From NCBI GenBank assembly GCA_963794945.1, contig CAWCFT010000001.1:1-64000 (forward strand): 64,000 nucleotides of DNA. The letters are read 5' to 3'. A program made the translations under genes and the position numbers. This document shows, in pieces, positions 1 to 10,425 of the stretch (its first letter is position 1; each line of letters starts with the position of its first letter). The notes below the pieces were generated by a model, which did not search any database, had not been told where the DNA came from, and worked only from the letters and a program-made list of their open reading frames with translations. This DNA comes from Endomicrobiales bacterium (lineage in GTDB: Bacteria > Elusimicrobiota > Endomicrobiia > Endomicrobiales > CAWCFT01).

Positions 1-263
1 AAGTTTTTTGCCGACACTTCCTTCCCCGTTCAAGTTGGTGTTGCTCCAACCAGGTACCCCGGCACATTGCGATGTTTCGCTATTTTGAGCTTCTCCTCCG
101 TCGCCGGCAACTCGCTTTCTCGCTTGTAGTTCATCTTTCAATGCACAGCGCGCTTGCTGTCCAAACTTCCTCGTACTGTAGTCTATTCCAGTGCAATGAG
201 GGCATTGGCGCGGTCAAGCCTCACGCTCCTCCAACGCATTTTCCTGAACCCGAGTTTAAACCC

Positions 264-614
264 AAGGTGCTTCTCGCGGTGCCGATATTCAGCGCACCTA
301 TCGCGTTCCTCGGATTTAGACACAGCCTAGCATCAATCATTTCAGCAGTAGTGCTATGGGGAATAGTAATGGGTATGCACGAAACTATAATGCGAGCCGC
401 GGTATGTGACATCGCACCATCTTCGCGTAAAGGTACAGCGTATGGTATATTCAATACTGTGTATGGGCTGTCAGTTCTTGCAGGCAATACACTTTTCGGG
501 TTTATTTATGATATATCTCCCGTCTATTTAATATCGGTTTCAGCGCTGATGCAACTGCTTTCAGTAGCCGCCGTATTGCCCGTCCTGCGATTTAAGACTT
601 CTACAAACTGCTAA
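264..614 (+). CDS. MFS transporter, C-terminal portion only
   Basis: From ~264 the frame reads KVLLAVPIFSAPIAFLGF...LWGIVMGMHETIMRAAVCDIAPSSRKGTAYGIFNTVYG, typical MFS C-terminal helices. The upstream part of the ORF is not MFS-like. Confidence 0.75.
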   Translation, partial: KVLLAVPIFSAPIAFLGFRHSLASIISAVVLWGIVMGMHETIMRAAVCDIAPSSRKGTAYGIFNTVYGLSVLAGNTLFGFIYDISPVYLISVSALMQLLSVAAVLPVLRFKTSTNC

Positions 615-679
615 AATTTTGTATAATATTAATTAACGCTGATAAATGACTGTGTTTATAATTAAGAGGAAAGAACAAT

Positions 680-1020
680 ATGAGATGGATGTTAAGGTCA
701 AAAATATTCAAGGTATTGGTCACCGAGGCCGATATAAATTATAAGGGTAGTATAACCATTGATGAGGACCTCGTTGAAAAGTCCGGCCTTAAGTGCTGGG
801 AAAAGGTCCTTGTCGTAAGCAATACTACCGGAGAAAGGCTTGAGACTTACGTTATATTGGGAACACGGGCTCCGGCACTATATGCATGAACGGCGCGGCG
901 GCCCACCTGATCAAAAAAGGCGAAGAAATAATAATAATGGGATTTGAGCTGACGGATGGAGAAATAGAGCCTAAAATAGTGCTTGTTGACAAGAACAACC
1001 GTTTTACCGGTTACCTTTAA
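680..1020 (+). CDS. panD: Aspartate 1-decarboxylase (one frameshift near 868)
   Basis: SKI..VTEADINYKGSITID self-cleavage motif and ERLETYVI. The second frame continues GSGTICMNGAAAHLI...VDKNNRF to TAA at 1020. Confidence 0.93.
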
Positions 1021-1115
1021 CCGCTTGTTCAATGTGGAAATTAGCATGTAACACATGTATTCTTCATTTATACCAAGATATTCCATTTTAAAATATTAAA
1101 TGATTTTTCAAGCAG

Positions 1116-1144
1116 TTGACCAATGCTGGTAAATTTGATAAAAT
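1116..1144 (+). promoter_or_regulatory. Sigma-70 promoter upstream of tRNA-Pro
   Basis: TTGACC-17 nt-TAAAAT with an extended TG. Confidence 0.6.
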
Positions 1145-1176
1145 CTGCAAGTTGTGTCTAATGGTTGTTTGAAACT

Positions 1177-1252
1177 CGGGAAGTAGCGTAGTGGCTAACG
1201 CGCACGGTTCGGGACCGTGAGACCGCGGGTTCAAATCCCGCCTTCCCGACCA
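1177..1252 (+). tRNA. tRNA-Pro (CGG)
   Basis: Acceptor CGGGAAG/CTTCCCG, anticodon arm CACGG-TTCGGGA-CCGTG, T-loop GGTTCAAATCC, encoded CCA. Confidence 0.96.
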
Positions 1253-1297
1253 TTTGAAGGTTTCATTTCAACCACACCGCGGATACCGGCTAATCAT

Positions 1298-1581
1298 ATG
1301 CCAAAAATATTCATTGTACACGGAATAATTTCAGGAAATGTACAGGGCATAGGCTATAGATGGTTCGTTGAAAGAACCGCAGTATCACTTGAACTCAAAG
1401 GCTGGGTAAGGAACCTGCCTGATAGAAACGTAGAATTTTCAGCGGAAGGGGAAAAGAACGTCCTGGATGGATTTTTGGATTCATTGAAGACCGGTCATCC
1501 CGGCGCTTTTGTCAGCGTGTAAAAACAGATTGGACCGCATCAGATGGAAATTCCTTCGATAGTTTTGAGATACTATATTAA
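1298..1581 (+). CDS. acyP: Acylphosphatase (frameshift near 1517)
   Basis: GNVQGIGYR and LKGWVRNLPD motifs. The alternate frame ends FDSFEILY*. Confidence 0.9.
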
Positions 1582-1604
1582 AACCGTTGCGGCCAGGGGA
1601 AAAA

Positions 1605-2659
1605 ATGGAAAGATTTGATCCTGTTCAGCTTTACTTTAAAGAGATCAAGAACATCCCGCTGATTCCCAAAGATGACATGCCAAAGATTTGGAAGAAAGCC
1701 TTCGCCGGCGACAAGAAAGACCCAAGAAGAGATGGTCGAAGCAAACCTAAGCCTCGTGATCCCGATCGCAAAAAAATATTTCCGTCACGGCATAGATTTC
1801 CTTGACTTGATTGAAGAAGGCAACATGGGGCTGATGCGCGCGGTGAGAAATTCAACCCCGCGAGGAATGTCCATTTTTCCACTTATGCTACCTATTGGAT
1901 AGACCAGGCTGTGCGCAGGGCATGCGAAGAACAGGCGAAAACTATACGCATCCCACCGCACGTTTGGGATGCTTTGAATAAGTGGCTCAAGCACTGGGGC
2001 CCCATGCAGGAAAAGCTGGGACGCAATCCGACCCTGCGGAAATGGCAAAAAAAGCTAAAGCTTTCTCTTTCTCAGATAGACAGCCTGATGAGGGCTTCAA
2101 AAATTTCCAAGGGACAAGCTCTCTTGAAACTCCGATAGACGCGGACGGCAGCATTTTCATACGCGACATTATACCGGATAAAAAAAGCGCCACGCCGGAG
2201 TCGATATCCGAACTACTGAGGCAGCATTCAGACCTTGACCAAACACTTAACCATCTTCATCCCCGAGAGAAACTGATAATCCAGCTTCGTTTCGGGCTTG
2301 GAGGCAATGCCCCGGAATCCCTCGAGCTTGTGGGAAAAAAACTTAAACTTTCGCGCGAACGCGTCCGCCAGCTGGAGGAAAGGGCCATAAGAAGGCTAAA
2401 ATCTATAGCGATGCGCATAAAATTGATCGACACCGAAGAAGCAAAAAAGATACTTATCGATTCAAGGCAGGAAAAAAACGACAGGCGCAGGTACAGAGAA
2501 GAGTCGCAAAATGCGACAGGCGCCAGGGATATCCCGGATATAAGAAAAGTGAAAAAAGAAAGACGTAAAGCAAAACACGAAAGGCGCGTCGCAAAACACG
2601 ACCGCAGAACAGAAAGACAGGAGAAAGGATTGATTTACGGAGGCTTGAATGCCCAATGA
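1605..2659 (+). CDS. Alternative sigma-70 factor (RpoS/RpoD-like, no region 1.1) with Arg-rich C-terminal extension; several indels
   Basis: Across frames: [10 protein letters not shown] (1.2), [29 protein letters not shown] (2), [10 protein letters not shown] (3), SSLETPI and [23 protein letters not shown] (4.2). Confidence 0.88.
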
Positions 2660-3176
2660 TATTGAGCATCTGAAATCGGCGATCAGAGATGTCCCCGATT
2701 TTCCCAAGAAAGGGATAGTATTTAAAGATATAACAACAATGATCGGAAAAGGAGGTCTGTTCAAGACCGCTATAGATAGTTTTGCTGAGAATTACACAGG
2801 CAAGAAGATAGACAAAGTAGTCGTAGTTGAATCACGAGGTTTTATTTTTGGAGCCCCGGTTGCATACAAACTGGGCGCAGGACTTGTTCCAGTAAGAAAA
2901 AAAGGCAAGCTCCCGCATAAAACTATCTCTGCGACTTACAGCCTCGAATACGGGAATGACACGCTTGAAATGCACGAGGATGCGATACAACCTGGGGAAA
3001 ATATCCTCATAATCGATGACCTTCTTGCCACTGGCGGCACTGTAGGCGCGGTAATAGAACTTGTGAAAAAAACCGGCGCCAAGGTGGCCGGGATCGGATT
3101 TCTGATCGAACTTTCTTTCCTTAACGGACGGAAAAACCTTAAAGACTTTGAGATCTTTTCTCTTATTAAGTATTGA
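2649..3176 (+). CDS. apt: Adenine phosphoribosyltransferase
   Basis: [30 protein letters not shown] and the PRPP motif [12 protein letters not shown]. Confidence 0.97.
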   Translation: MPNDIEHLKSAIRDVPDFPKKGIVFKDITTMIGKGGLFKTAIDSFAENYTGKKIDKVVVVESRGFIFGAPVAYKLGAGLVPVRKKGKLPHKTISATYSLEYGNDTLEMHEDAIQPGENILIIDDLLATGGTVGAVIELVKKTGAKVAGIGFLIELSFLNGRKNLKDFEIFSLIKY

Positions 3177-3183
3177 ATTTAGC

Positions 3184-3257
3184 GCCCCCGTAGCTCAACT
3201 GGATAGAGCTACTCCGTCCTAAGGAGAGGGTTGGTGGTTCAAGTCCGCCCGGGGGCG
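3184..3257 (+). tRNA. tRNA-Arg (CCT)
   Basis: Acceptor GCCCCCG/CGGGGGC, D-arm TAGCTCAACTGGATAGAGC, anticodon loop GT-CCT-AA within CTCC/GGAG, GGTTCAAGTCC. No encoded CCA. Confidence 0.9.
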
Positions 3258-3278
3258 TTTCGTTTAACACACAATTAC

Positions 3279-3348
3279 AAGATTTAGAAGATTAAATATT
3301 CCGAAGATTACAGGCTTTAAAATCTTCAATCTTAAATCTTATAATCTT
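3279..3348. repeat. Heptamer inverted-repeat element, AAGATT type
   Basis: AAGATT at 3279, 3288 and 3304; AATCTT at 3321, 3328, 3335 and 3343. Confidence 0.8.
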
Positions 3349-3362
3349 TAATTTATTCTACC

Positions 3363-4010
3363 ATGATCGATTTGCATACCCACACATTCTTTTCTGATGG
3401 CGTTCTGATTCCCTCCGAGCTTGTTTATAGGGCTAAGGTAAAAGGCTATCGTGCCATAGCTATAACAGACCACGGTGATTTCTCAAATCTTGATCTTGTA
3501 ATTCCAAGAATACGGAAGGCAGCTGAGATTCTTTCTTCACACTATGACATAATCGTCCTTCCTGGCATTGAGCTCACTTATGTGCCCCCGGAACTTATAA
3601 AAAGAGCTGTCAAGCTCGCGAGGAAACTCGGTGCAAAGATAGTAGTCGTTCATGGAGAGACACCAGCAGAAACTGTACCTGCCGGAACGAATAGCGCGGG
3701 AATACTCTCCGGTGCGGACATCCTTGCCCACCCGGGATATATCACAGAACAGGAAGTAAAGCTCGCAAAGACTAACAACGTTTGCCTTGAAATAACAACG
3801 AGATACGGTCACAATAAGACAAATCCTCACGTTGCTGCACTAGCGAAAGAATACGGGGCGAGCTTAGTTTTAAACACTGATTCGCACGGGCCTGAAGATC
3901 TAATGACTGAAGCCAAGATCAGTGAAGTCCTGCGAGTTTCAAACCTATCACTTAGTGATCACAAGAACATGCTGAATAATTCTTATAAATTGATCGAACG
4001 GAGAAAATGA
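3363..4010 (+). CDS. PHP-domain protein (histidinol-phosphatase-like)
   Basis: DLHTHTFFSDG, AIAITDH, ILAHPG and NTDSH metal motifs. Confidence 0.9.
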   Translation: MIDLHTHTFFSDGVLIPSELVYRAKVKGYRAIAITDHGDFSNLDLVIPRIRKAAEILSSHYDIIVLPGIELTYVPPELIKRAVKLARKLGAKIVVVHGETPAETVPAGTNSAGILSGADILAHPGYITEQEVKLAKTNNVCLEITTRYGHNKTNPHVAALAKEYGASLVLNTDSHGPEDLMTEAKISEVLRVSNLSLSDHKNMLNNSYKLIERRK

Positions 4011-4697
4011 TGGCAGATTTTTCTAAACAGGGCCTTAAAAAGAACGAGCTTGAAGATGTCATAATTAATACCGTGGATTGGGCCAAGAATAACCGCCAGC
4101 TCTTCAACGGTGTATCCTTAACGGCTGTAATCGTATTAGCCATTGCCATATTCTTTTTTACCAGATATCATACCGTAAGGCTACGGGCCGACGAGAAAGT
4201 TGCGTTCGCGCAGGCGAATTACTTTCAGGGGAAAACCCAGGACGCCATAGGCATTTTTGATGAAATAATAAGCCAGTATCCCGAACTGACAGTGCCTCCA
4301 AGGCAAGACTTCATAAAGCCACTTATCTAATGGATACACAGAGATATGATGAAGCTGAAAAGACAATATTGCCTGTGGTTGAAGACGGCAAACCAAAAAC
4401 AATAATTCCGCTGGCGATGTCAGTGCTGGGAGCTATCAGAGAAAATGCCGGAAAGTACAAGGAGGCAATAACCACATATAACTCTTTCTGGATAACTACC
4501 CTGAACACTATTTCGCACCCAAAATATATGAATCACTCGCGCGGGTTTATGAACTTACCGGGGCTGCGCAAGACGCCAGGGCCACCTATGAAAAACTTGC
4601 TACTCTATATCCTGCGACCGCATGGGCACAGAGAGCACAGTCAAGGATATCAGCAATAACCAATGCTCAGCCGCCTACACCAGTAGAAAAAAGATAG
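4007..4697 (+). CDS. Membrane-anchored tetratricopeptide-repeat protein (YfgM-like; indels)
   Basis: N-terminal TM helix followed by TPR-like helices (AQANYFQGKTQDAIGIFDEIISQYP; AIRENAGKYKEAITTY) across frames; ends ...PVEKR* at 4697. Confidence 0.7.
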
Positions 4698-4849
4698 CCT
4701 CAAGTATTGACCGTTCAGAACTTATTTTTATACCATTCCCTTGTAGCCACAACAAATACAAGGGAGGTGAAAATAGGTTTTTTTTATTTTAAACGTTGTA
4801 GTAAGTCCGTCCGCTTCGCCGGAAAAACAAGTCTAATGGGAGAATTCAA

Positions 4850-5446
4850 ATGGGGAAATACATTAAATTATTAGCAATATGCTCTTTAATTTGTTCGTTT
4901 GCAACTGTCTCACAAGCAACAGTCACATTCATGCTCGGGCCGAGTTTTAATAACTTCAGTGATTCACGCGTATCTGGGATTGGCTCGACATTCACGATGA
5001 TGTTCGACATGGAAAAACTTGACGTAGGATATAAAATCGAACAGCAAAATCTAACGATAAGCGATGCACAGAGCAGCTCGGTGAATTTCATGACCAGCAA
5101 TCAGATCACCGCACTTGTCGCGCAAAAGGATATAGCTCACATATCAGATGAACTACCTATTGATATCGGGCTGGAACTCGGATCCATGAATATAACAGGT
5201 TTAACCGGTACCATTGCCGCGCCTGCAGCTATTAGCCAAGTTATCCCTGAAGTTGGGATCAACGGTGGTATAAAGTATGATAATTCCGGGAAATCAATTA
5301 ACACCGCGCTATATCTTAATATCGGCTACCGTTTTGCCAATATAAAGAATATCCCATCAGCGGCAACAGGGTTCACGGCTGGTGGAGCAAGCTTAAAAGA
5401 TCTCAGCGCGTTACGTATTGAAATTGGCGCCGCTATTGGATTCTAA
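4850..5446 (+). CDS. Exported protein, probable small outer-membrane beta-barrel
   Basis: Signal peptide, alternating hydrophobic strands, C-terminal Phe (IGAAIGF). Confidence 0.6.
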   Translation: MGKYIKLLAICSLICSFATVSQATVTFMLGPSFNNFSDSRVSGIGSTFTMMFDMEKLDVGYKIEQQNLTISDAQSSSVNFMTSNQITALVAQKDIAHISDELPIDIGLELGSMNITGLTGTIAAPAAISQVIPEVGINGGIKYDNSGKSINTALYLNIGYRFANIKNIPSAATGFTAGGASLKDLSALRIEIGAAIGF

Positions 5447-5501
5447 TCACTTAGAAAGCACAATATTATCTGGGCTTTTGCATTCATTAACAAGTATTTT
5501 C

Positions 5502-5531
5502 TTGATTTATCAGAAACCTATTTGATATAAT
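5502..5531 (+). promoter_or_regulatory. Sigma-70-like promoter
   Basis: TTGATT-18 nt-TATAAT with an extended TG. Confidence 0.5.
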
Positions 5532-5549
5532 GAAATCAAGTTATTTCGT

Positions 5550-5588
5550 ATATATAGAAGCTCTCATTTAGTGAGAGCTTCTATATAT
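5550..5588. repeat. Perfect 17-bp inverted repeat
   Basis: ATATATAGAAGCTCTCA-tttag-TGAGAGCTTCTATATAT. Confidence 0.85.
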
Positions 5589-5649
5589 CAAATGTAGAGG
5601 TAACATTTTAAGTACTATTAGCACTAACTGAATCTTCAACCGATAAATA

Positions 5650-7074
5650 ATGCAAAACATTAAGGCGTTGATTCTTCTCCTTGTATTAATTTCTCTTAGG
5701 GCTGTTTTTGCCGCAAAGGCAAACGCATCTACTCTTGATGTTGATACTGATTACCGCATAAGAGGTATACTCTATACAAATAACGATTTTAACAACAATA
5801 CATCAACAGACGCATTGGCTTATTACAGCCAAATGTTGCATGTAACTCTAACTGGCAAATTTAATGAAGGCGTGGAGATTTGCACAAGACTGTCAGCAAT
5901 CGGAGTTGCAGGCTCAACTACGGTTTTCACAGGGATACCAAAGTCATCTAGCACGGCCGTCACAGTACCTTATCCGTCAACGGATTTTTCTCCATATATT
6001 GATTACGCCTATATCAAAATTAAAAACTTAGCGGACACACCTCTGACCGTTATTGCGGGTAAACAACCGATGACGTATGGTAATGGCTTAGTTATTTCAG
6101 ATAACGGCACGGGCATGTTCGCCTTCAGGATATATGGTAAATATAACTTTTCTCTACCTATTCCTAAGTTCAATTTAAAAAAGGGTGGTGAACTTTTCGA
6201 ACACTATCCAATTGAACTTGAAACTGAGGTATTTACAGCAAAGCTTGCCGATGGCCTAACACCTGGATATGATCATGACCTGTACGGGATAGTGAACAGA
6301 TATGACCACGATAAATACCACATTGAGTTATCTTTTTTTGAAGATGCAGATGGTTCTGGCTCATTATATATAAAGGGCCCAAATGCTTACAATACTTCGT
6401 CAATTAACAAAAATTTCATTGATTTCTACATTACAAGGAAAGAAGATATTTCCAGCTTCAGGTTTGAAATAGCAAAAGAAAATGGTTCCGTGCAGCGGTC
6501 GGATGGAGCACAGATAAGCCTTGACGGACTAGGATACAACCTTTATGGAGAATTGATAGGAGATAAAACAAAGCTTGGAAAAGTTACGGCTCATGCGATG
6601 ATAGCTTTCAATACCGGAGATAATAATCCATCGCTCTTCGCAAATGACAGCTCTTTCAATCCTTCACAGACAAAGAGATTTGACGGTTTGGAACGCACAG
6701 GTTACGGCGAGCTTTTTGCTGCTTCGCCTTACGACGCAACGTTTGCACTGCCGTCAAGCTATTCAGGTATAGATGCCCTAAATGTCGGCGTCGATTTTTC
6801 TCCTATTTATGGATGGAACCTGGGAGTAGATTATTTTTACTTTGCGGCCTCCGAAGGCCCTGACGGCGCTCCGGATGCCTCTGGTTTTGAAAAACTTTAT
6901 GGCGCAAATTTTGCATTGGGTGTCGAAATGGACCTCTACGCAAAATATACTTATTCAAAATTTACTGATTTCAGAATTTCGTATGACCGCTACACGCCAC
7001 CTCAATTTGCTGTTTTCTGGCCTACCAGCGATCCTGCAACAAGATACATGCTTGAGATGAACGCTAAGTTTTAG
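5650..7074 (+). CDS. Outer-membrane beta-barrel (alginate-export/porin-like)
   Basis: Signal peptide, DYRIRG start, AGKQPMTYGNGLVISD, LGVEMDLYAKY, C-terminal Phe. Confidence 0.65.
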   Translation: MQNIKALILLLVLISLRAVFAAKANASTLDVDTDYRIRGILYTNNDFNNNTSTDALAYYSQMLHVTLTGKFNEGVEICTRLSAIGVAGSTTVFTGIPKSSSTAVTVPYPSTDFSPYIDYAYIKIKNLADTPLTVIAGKQPMTYGNGLVISDNGTGMFAFRIYGKYNFSLPIPKFNLKKGGELFEHYPIELETEVFTAKLADGLTPGYDHDLYGIVNRYDHDKYHIELSFFEDADGSGSLYIKGPNAYNTSSINKNFIDFYITRKEDISSFRFEIAKENGSVQRSDGAQISLDGLGYNLYGELIGDKTKLGKVTAHAMIAFNTGDNNPSLFANDSSFNPSQTKRFDGLERTGYGELFAASPYDATFALPSSYSGIDALNVGVDFSPIYGWNLGVDYFYFAASEGPDGAPDASGFEKLYGANFALGVEMDLYAKYTYSKFTDFRISYDRYTPPQFAVFWPTSDPATRYMLEMNAKF

Positions 7075-7114
7075 AATTAATTTATGAACCTGCTCTACTA
7101 GACCAGGGGTTATT

Positions 7115-9293
7115 ATGAATAAAGTTTACCTCGCATTTCTGTGGCATCACCACCAACCAGTCTACAAAAACCCTTCTACAGGCATATATGAACTCCCATG
7201 GGTCAGACTGCATGCCACTAAAGACTACTACGACACAGCCGCCATCTTGGAAGAATTCCCTAAGATCAAATCAAACTTCAATCTTGTTCCTTCGCTACTC
7301 ACCCAACTTCAAGATTACGCCAATAAAACAGCCCGTGACCGTTTTATGGAACTTACGCTTAAGAACGCAGATACACTTTCAGAAGACGAAAGGATATTCA
7401 TTCTTCAGAATTTCTTTATGGCTAACTGGGAAACAATGGTTTACACTCACCCAAGATACAACTATCTGCTTGATAAACGGGGAAAACAAGTAAACCAGAA
7501 CAGATATCAAAAGGGTTCATACATATTTCAAACCTCAGGAAATGCGCGACCTGCAGGTATGGTTCAACCTTTCCTGGATGGATCCTTATTGGCAGAAGAA
7601 TGACGAGCTTGTAAAATCACTTTTCGCAAAGGGCAAGAACTTTACAGAAGAAGAAAAAACGGCCCTCATAGATAAACAGCTGGAGATATGCGGGCTTATT
7701 GCCTGCAAGTATAAATCCATGCAGGACGGCGGTCAGATCGAAGTATCGACAACACCCTTCTACCACCCGATACTGCCACTTTTGTGCGACACTAACAATG
7801 CGCTCGGCGCAACACCTCATATGCCTCTGCCGGCAAAGCGTTTTGCCCACAGAGAAGATGCAAAAATACAGGTTGAAAAAGCGGTCAATTATTATAAAAC
7901 TATTTTCGGACATAACCCAAAAGGCATGTGGCCGGCCGAAGGTTCAGTTTCTGAAGACGTTATTCCTATTTTCGCACAGGCCGCTGTAAACTGGATAGCT
8001 AGTGATGAGGGGATTCTGTTCCATACAAACCCGGGCCTCGGCGCCTCAAGGCGCAACTTATACAAACCCTATCGGCTGGAAGTTCTTGGCAACCAGATCA
8101 ACATGATATTTCGTGACCATGCACTTTCGGATTCTATAGGCTTCATATACTCGAAATGGGCCCCACAGGACGCAGTTAATGACTTTATGAAAAGACTTCA
8201 TTCCATAAGCGAGATGGCTGATCCTACCCAAAACTGCCTGGTTTCGGTAATTTTGGATGGGGAAAACTGCTGGGAATATTTCCCTAACGACGGCTGGGAT
8301 TTCATGAGACTGCTTTACAAAACAATTTCAGAAAACAATAACATTGAAACTGTCAGGATAAGCGACTATCTTGAGAAATTCCCACCAGAAAATACACTCA
8401 AAACCATATGGCCGGGCTCATGGATAAATTCTAACTACGGAGTTTGGATAGGTCACCCTGAGGACAATCTTGCCTGGTCCTACCTGGCCGAAACCAGGAA
8501 CTTCTTAATGGAATACTCTATAAAACACCCTGAACAAAGTAATACTGTCGCGCTAAAATCAGCCTGGGAAAGCATCTATATTGCTGAAGGATCAGACTGG
8601 AACTGGTGGTATGGTGATGACCATTCATCTGATAATGACGAGATATTCGATTTTCTTTTCAGGCAATACCTCATAAACGTGTATGAGCAAATAGGCGAAA
8701 AAGTGCCTGATTACCTGTATAAAGCCATCAAAGTCATTGAAAAAAAACAACCCACACACGAGCCACTGGATTTTATTACTCCAAAAATCGATGGACGTGT
8801 TTCTAGTTATTTTGAATGGCAGGCAACCGGGAATTATAATGTTGCGGGTGGCGGCGCTATGCACCAGGTTGAAACAGCCCTCAAATCATTCCATTATGGT
8901 TTTGATCTTGAAAACCTGTATTTCAGGCTAGACCTTAACATACCAATGGATTCTGAAAAACTCAAGGATTTCTGCTTTAAAGTAGTTTTTCTTCAGCCTA
9001 AAGGCCTCGAATCCGAATGTTGCCTTGAAATTGGGCCCAAAATAGGCCAGTTTACATTTTTGAACAGAAATACTGGGACTCAAACTGTTCTTGAGCAAGC
9101 AGCTGCAGGTAGGATTATTGAATTCGCTATTCCACTAAGCAAACTTGAACTAACTGATGAACAAAAGACTATTGAATTCGTAATAATTATAATGAAAAAT
9201 TGCCTAGAATTCGAGCGCTGGCCATATAAGAATACTGTTATAATGCCCAAACCAACTCCAAACTTCGCTATTCTTAACTGGTCAGCCATATAG
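7115..9293 (+). CDS. Glycoside hydrolase family 57 (amylopullulanase-like; frameshift near 7500)
   Basis: LWHHHQP, LPWVRLHATKDY, PFYHPILPLL, GMWPAEGSVS, ILDGENCWE and AEGSDWNWW. Confidence 0.93.
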
Positions 9294-9425
9294 ACAAACT
9301 ATTTTTCCATTCATCTATTTTACTTATATTAACAACTAACCTCATCTCTCTTTCTTCCAACTCCATATTATGCTATTATAACTGAAATTTCATGTCATAA
9401 TCGAGCAGCAAAATATCTTGCATAA

Positions 9426-9453
9426 AGTACTGATAATATATATTATGTTACAT
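9426..9453 (+). other. dif: dif site (XerC/XerD chromosome dimer resolution)
   Basis: AGTACTGATAA-TATATA-TTATGTTACAT. The XerD arm matches E. coli TTATGTTAAAT at 10/11. The site lies in the AT-rich gap where gene orientation switches. Confidence 0.8.
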
Positions 9454-9945
9454 ACATCTTAGATATTGGGCTACCTGCAGCATTAATGTTAAATACACAT
9501 ATTCCATATTATTCTCTCTATAAATATGCCGTTATATATATGCATTTAATATTTTACTTTAACTTTATTATATTGGCACTGTAATGTTATAAAATTCAAT
9601 TAATGTTTTAGTATTTTTTTTAAAATAGGCTTTTTTAGTTAGAAGTTAATGCAGGTAAAATATACATAAAAATAGCGTTATAAAAGAAAGAACGAATAAG
9701 GGTATTTATTGGCCAATAACCACTAATTGAAATTAATGGATTAGAAGAAAATGCCCTAAATAGTGTTTAGTCTCAACTTTTGTGACATACCCAAAGATGA
9801 TAATAAAGACTTGTCACAAAAATATGCCAAACAGTTATTATTGTAAATATGTCAATATCGGCATCGGGTTAAAGGAAAAGATTGTTGGAAAGGTGGGCGT
9901 GACTTAGTTTAGTAGCAGAGGAACAAAATGCCGGCTAGGCCCTAA

Positions 9946-10149
9946 TTACTTGATGCCACATTCACTGCAGATTTTTAGAACCTCTACCTTGATTAATTTA
10001 CTCTCATTTTTAATGCGCTGGAGATGTTCAGGTGAGCCGGAGGATATATGAAAGCAGCATTTGAGGCACACTACGCCTTTTATTTTACACTTTAAGGCTT
10101 TATCAGTATCAATATTACAGAATGTACATATCATAGATTCAAGAATCAA
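9946..10149 (-). CDS. Small Cys-rich hypothetical protein
   Basis: CTFC, C..CLKCC and CSEC motifs; co-directional with the upstream operon. Confidence 0.55.
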   Translation of the reverse strand: MILESMICTFCNIDTDKALKCKIKGVVCLKCCFHISSGSPEHLQRIKNESKLIKVEVLKICSECGIK

Positions 10150-10173
10150 CTTGTTTTGGCTAAATCAGGCCCA

Positions 10174-10425
10174 CTAGATGTGATTTTCGGACTGCTTTTC
10201 CGGAACAAGGATGCCCACTCCTATTATCGCGTATCCACCAAGAATAAGGAACGGTGAAAGTTTAGAAGCCCAGTTCTGCCCAAATGGATCAGTCTTTGTG
10301 AGAATAAAAAAGCCGAGCGCTAGAACTACCGCGCCGGCAAAAATAGTTTTAAGCCCTCTTTTTGAGATACCGCTTATGTTCTTAGTTTCATTTACGACTT
10401 TAAGCTTTTCTTTTCTGTTTTTCAT
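10174..10425 (-). CDS. Small two-TM membrane protein (DUF3098-like)
   Basis: Two hydrophobic helices, LSPFLILGGY motif. Confidence 0.65.
   Translation of the reverse strand: MKNRKEKLKVVNETKNISGISKRGLKTIFAGAVVLALGFFILTKTDPFGQNWASKLSPFLILGGYAIIGVGILVPEKQSENHI

Noticed and set aside
5618..5645. CIRCE-like TTAGCACT
   Set aside because: Half site only, with no matching right arm. The hrcA upstream region is outside the window.
9294..9945. oriC
   Set aside because: No DnaA-box cluster seen, genes converge rather than diverge, and a dif-like site is present.
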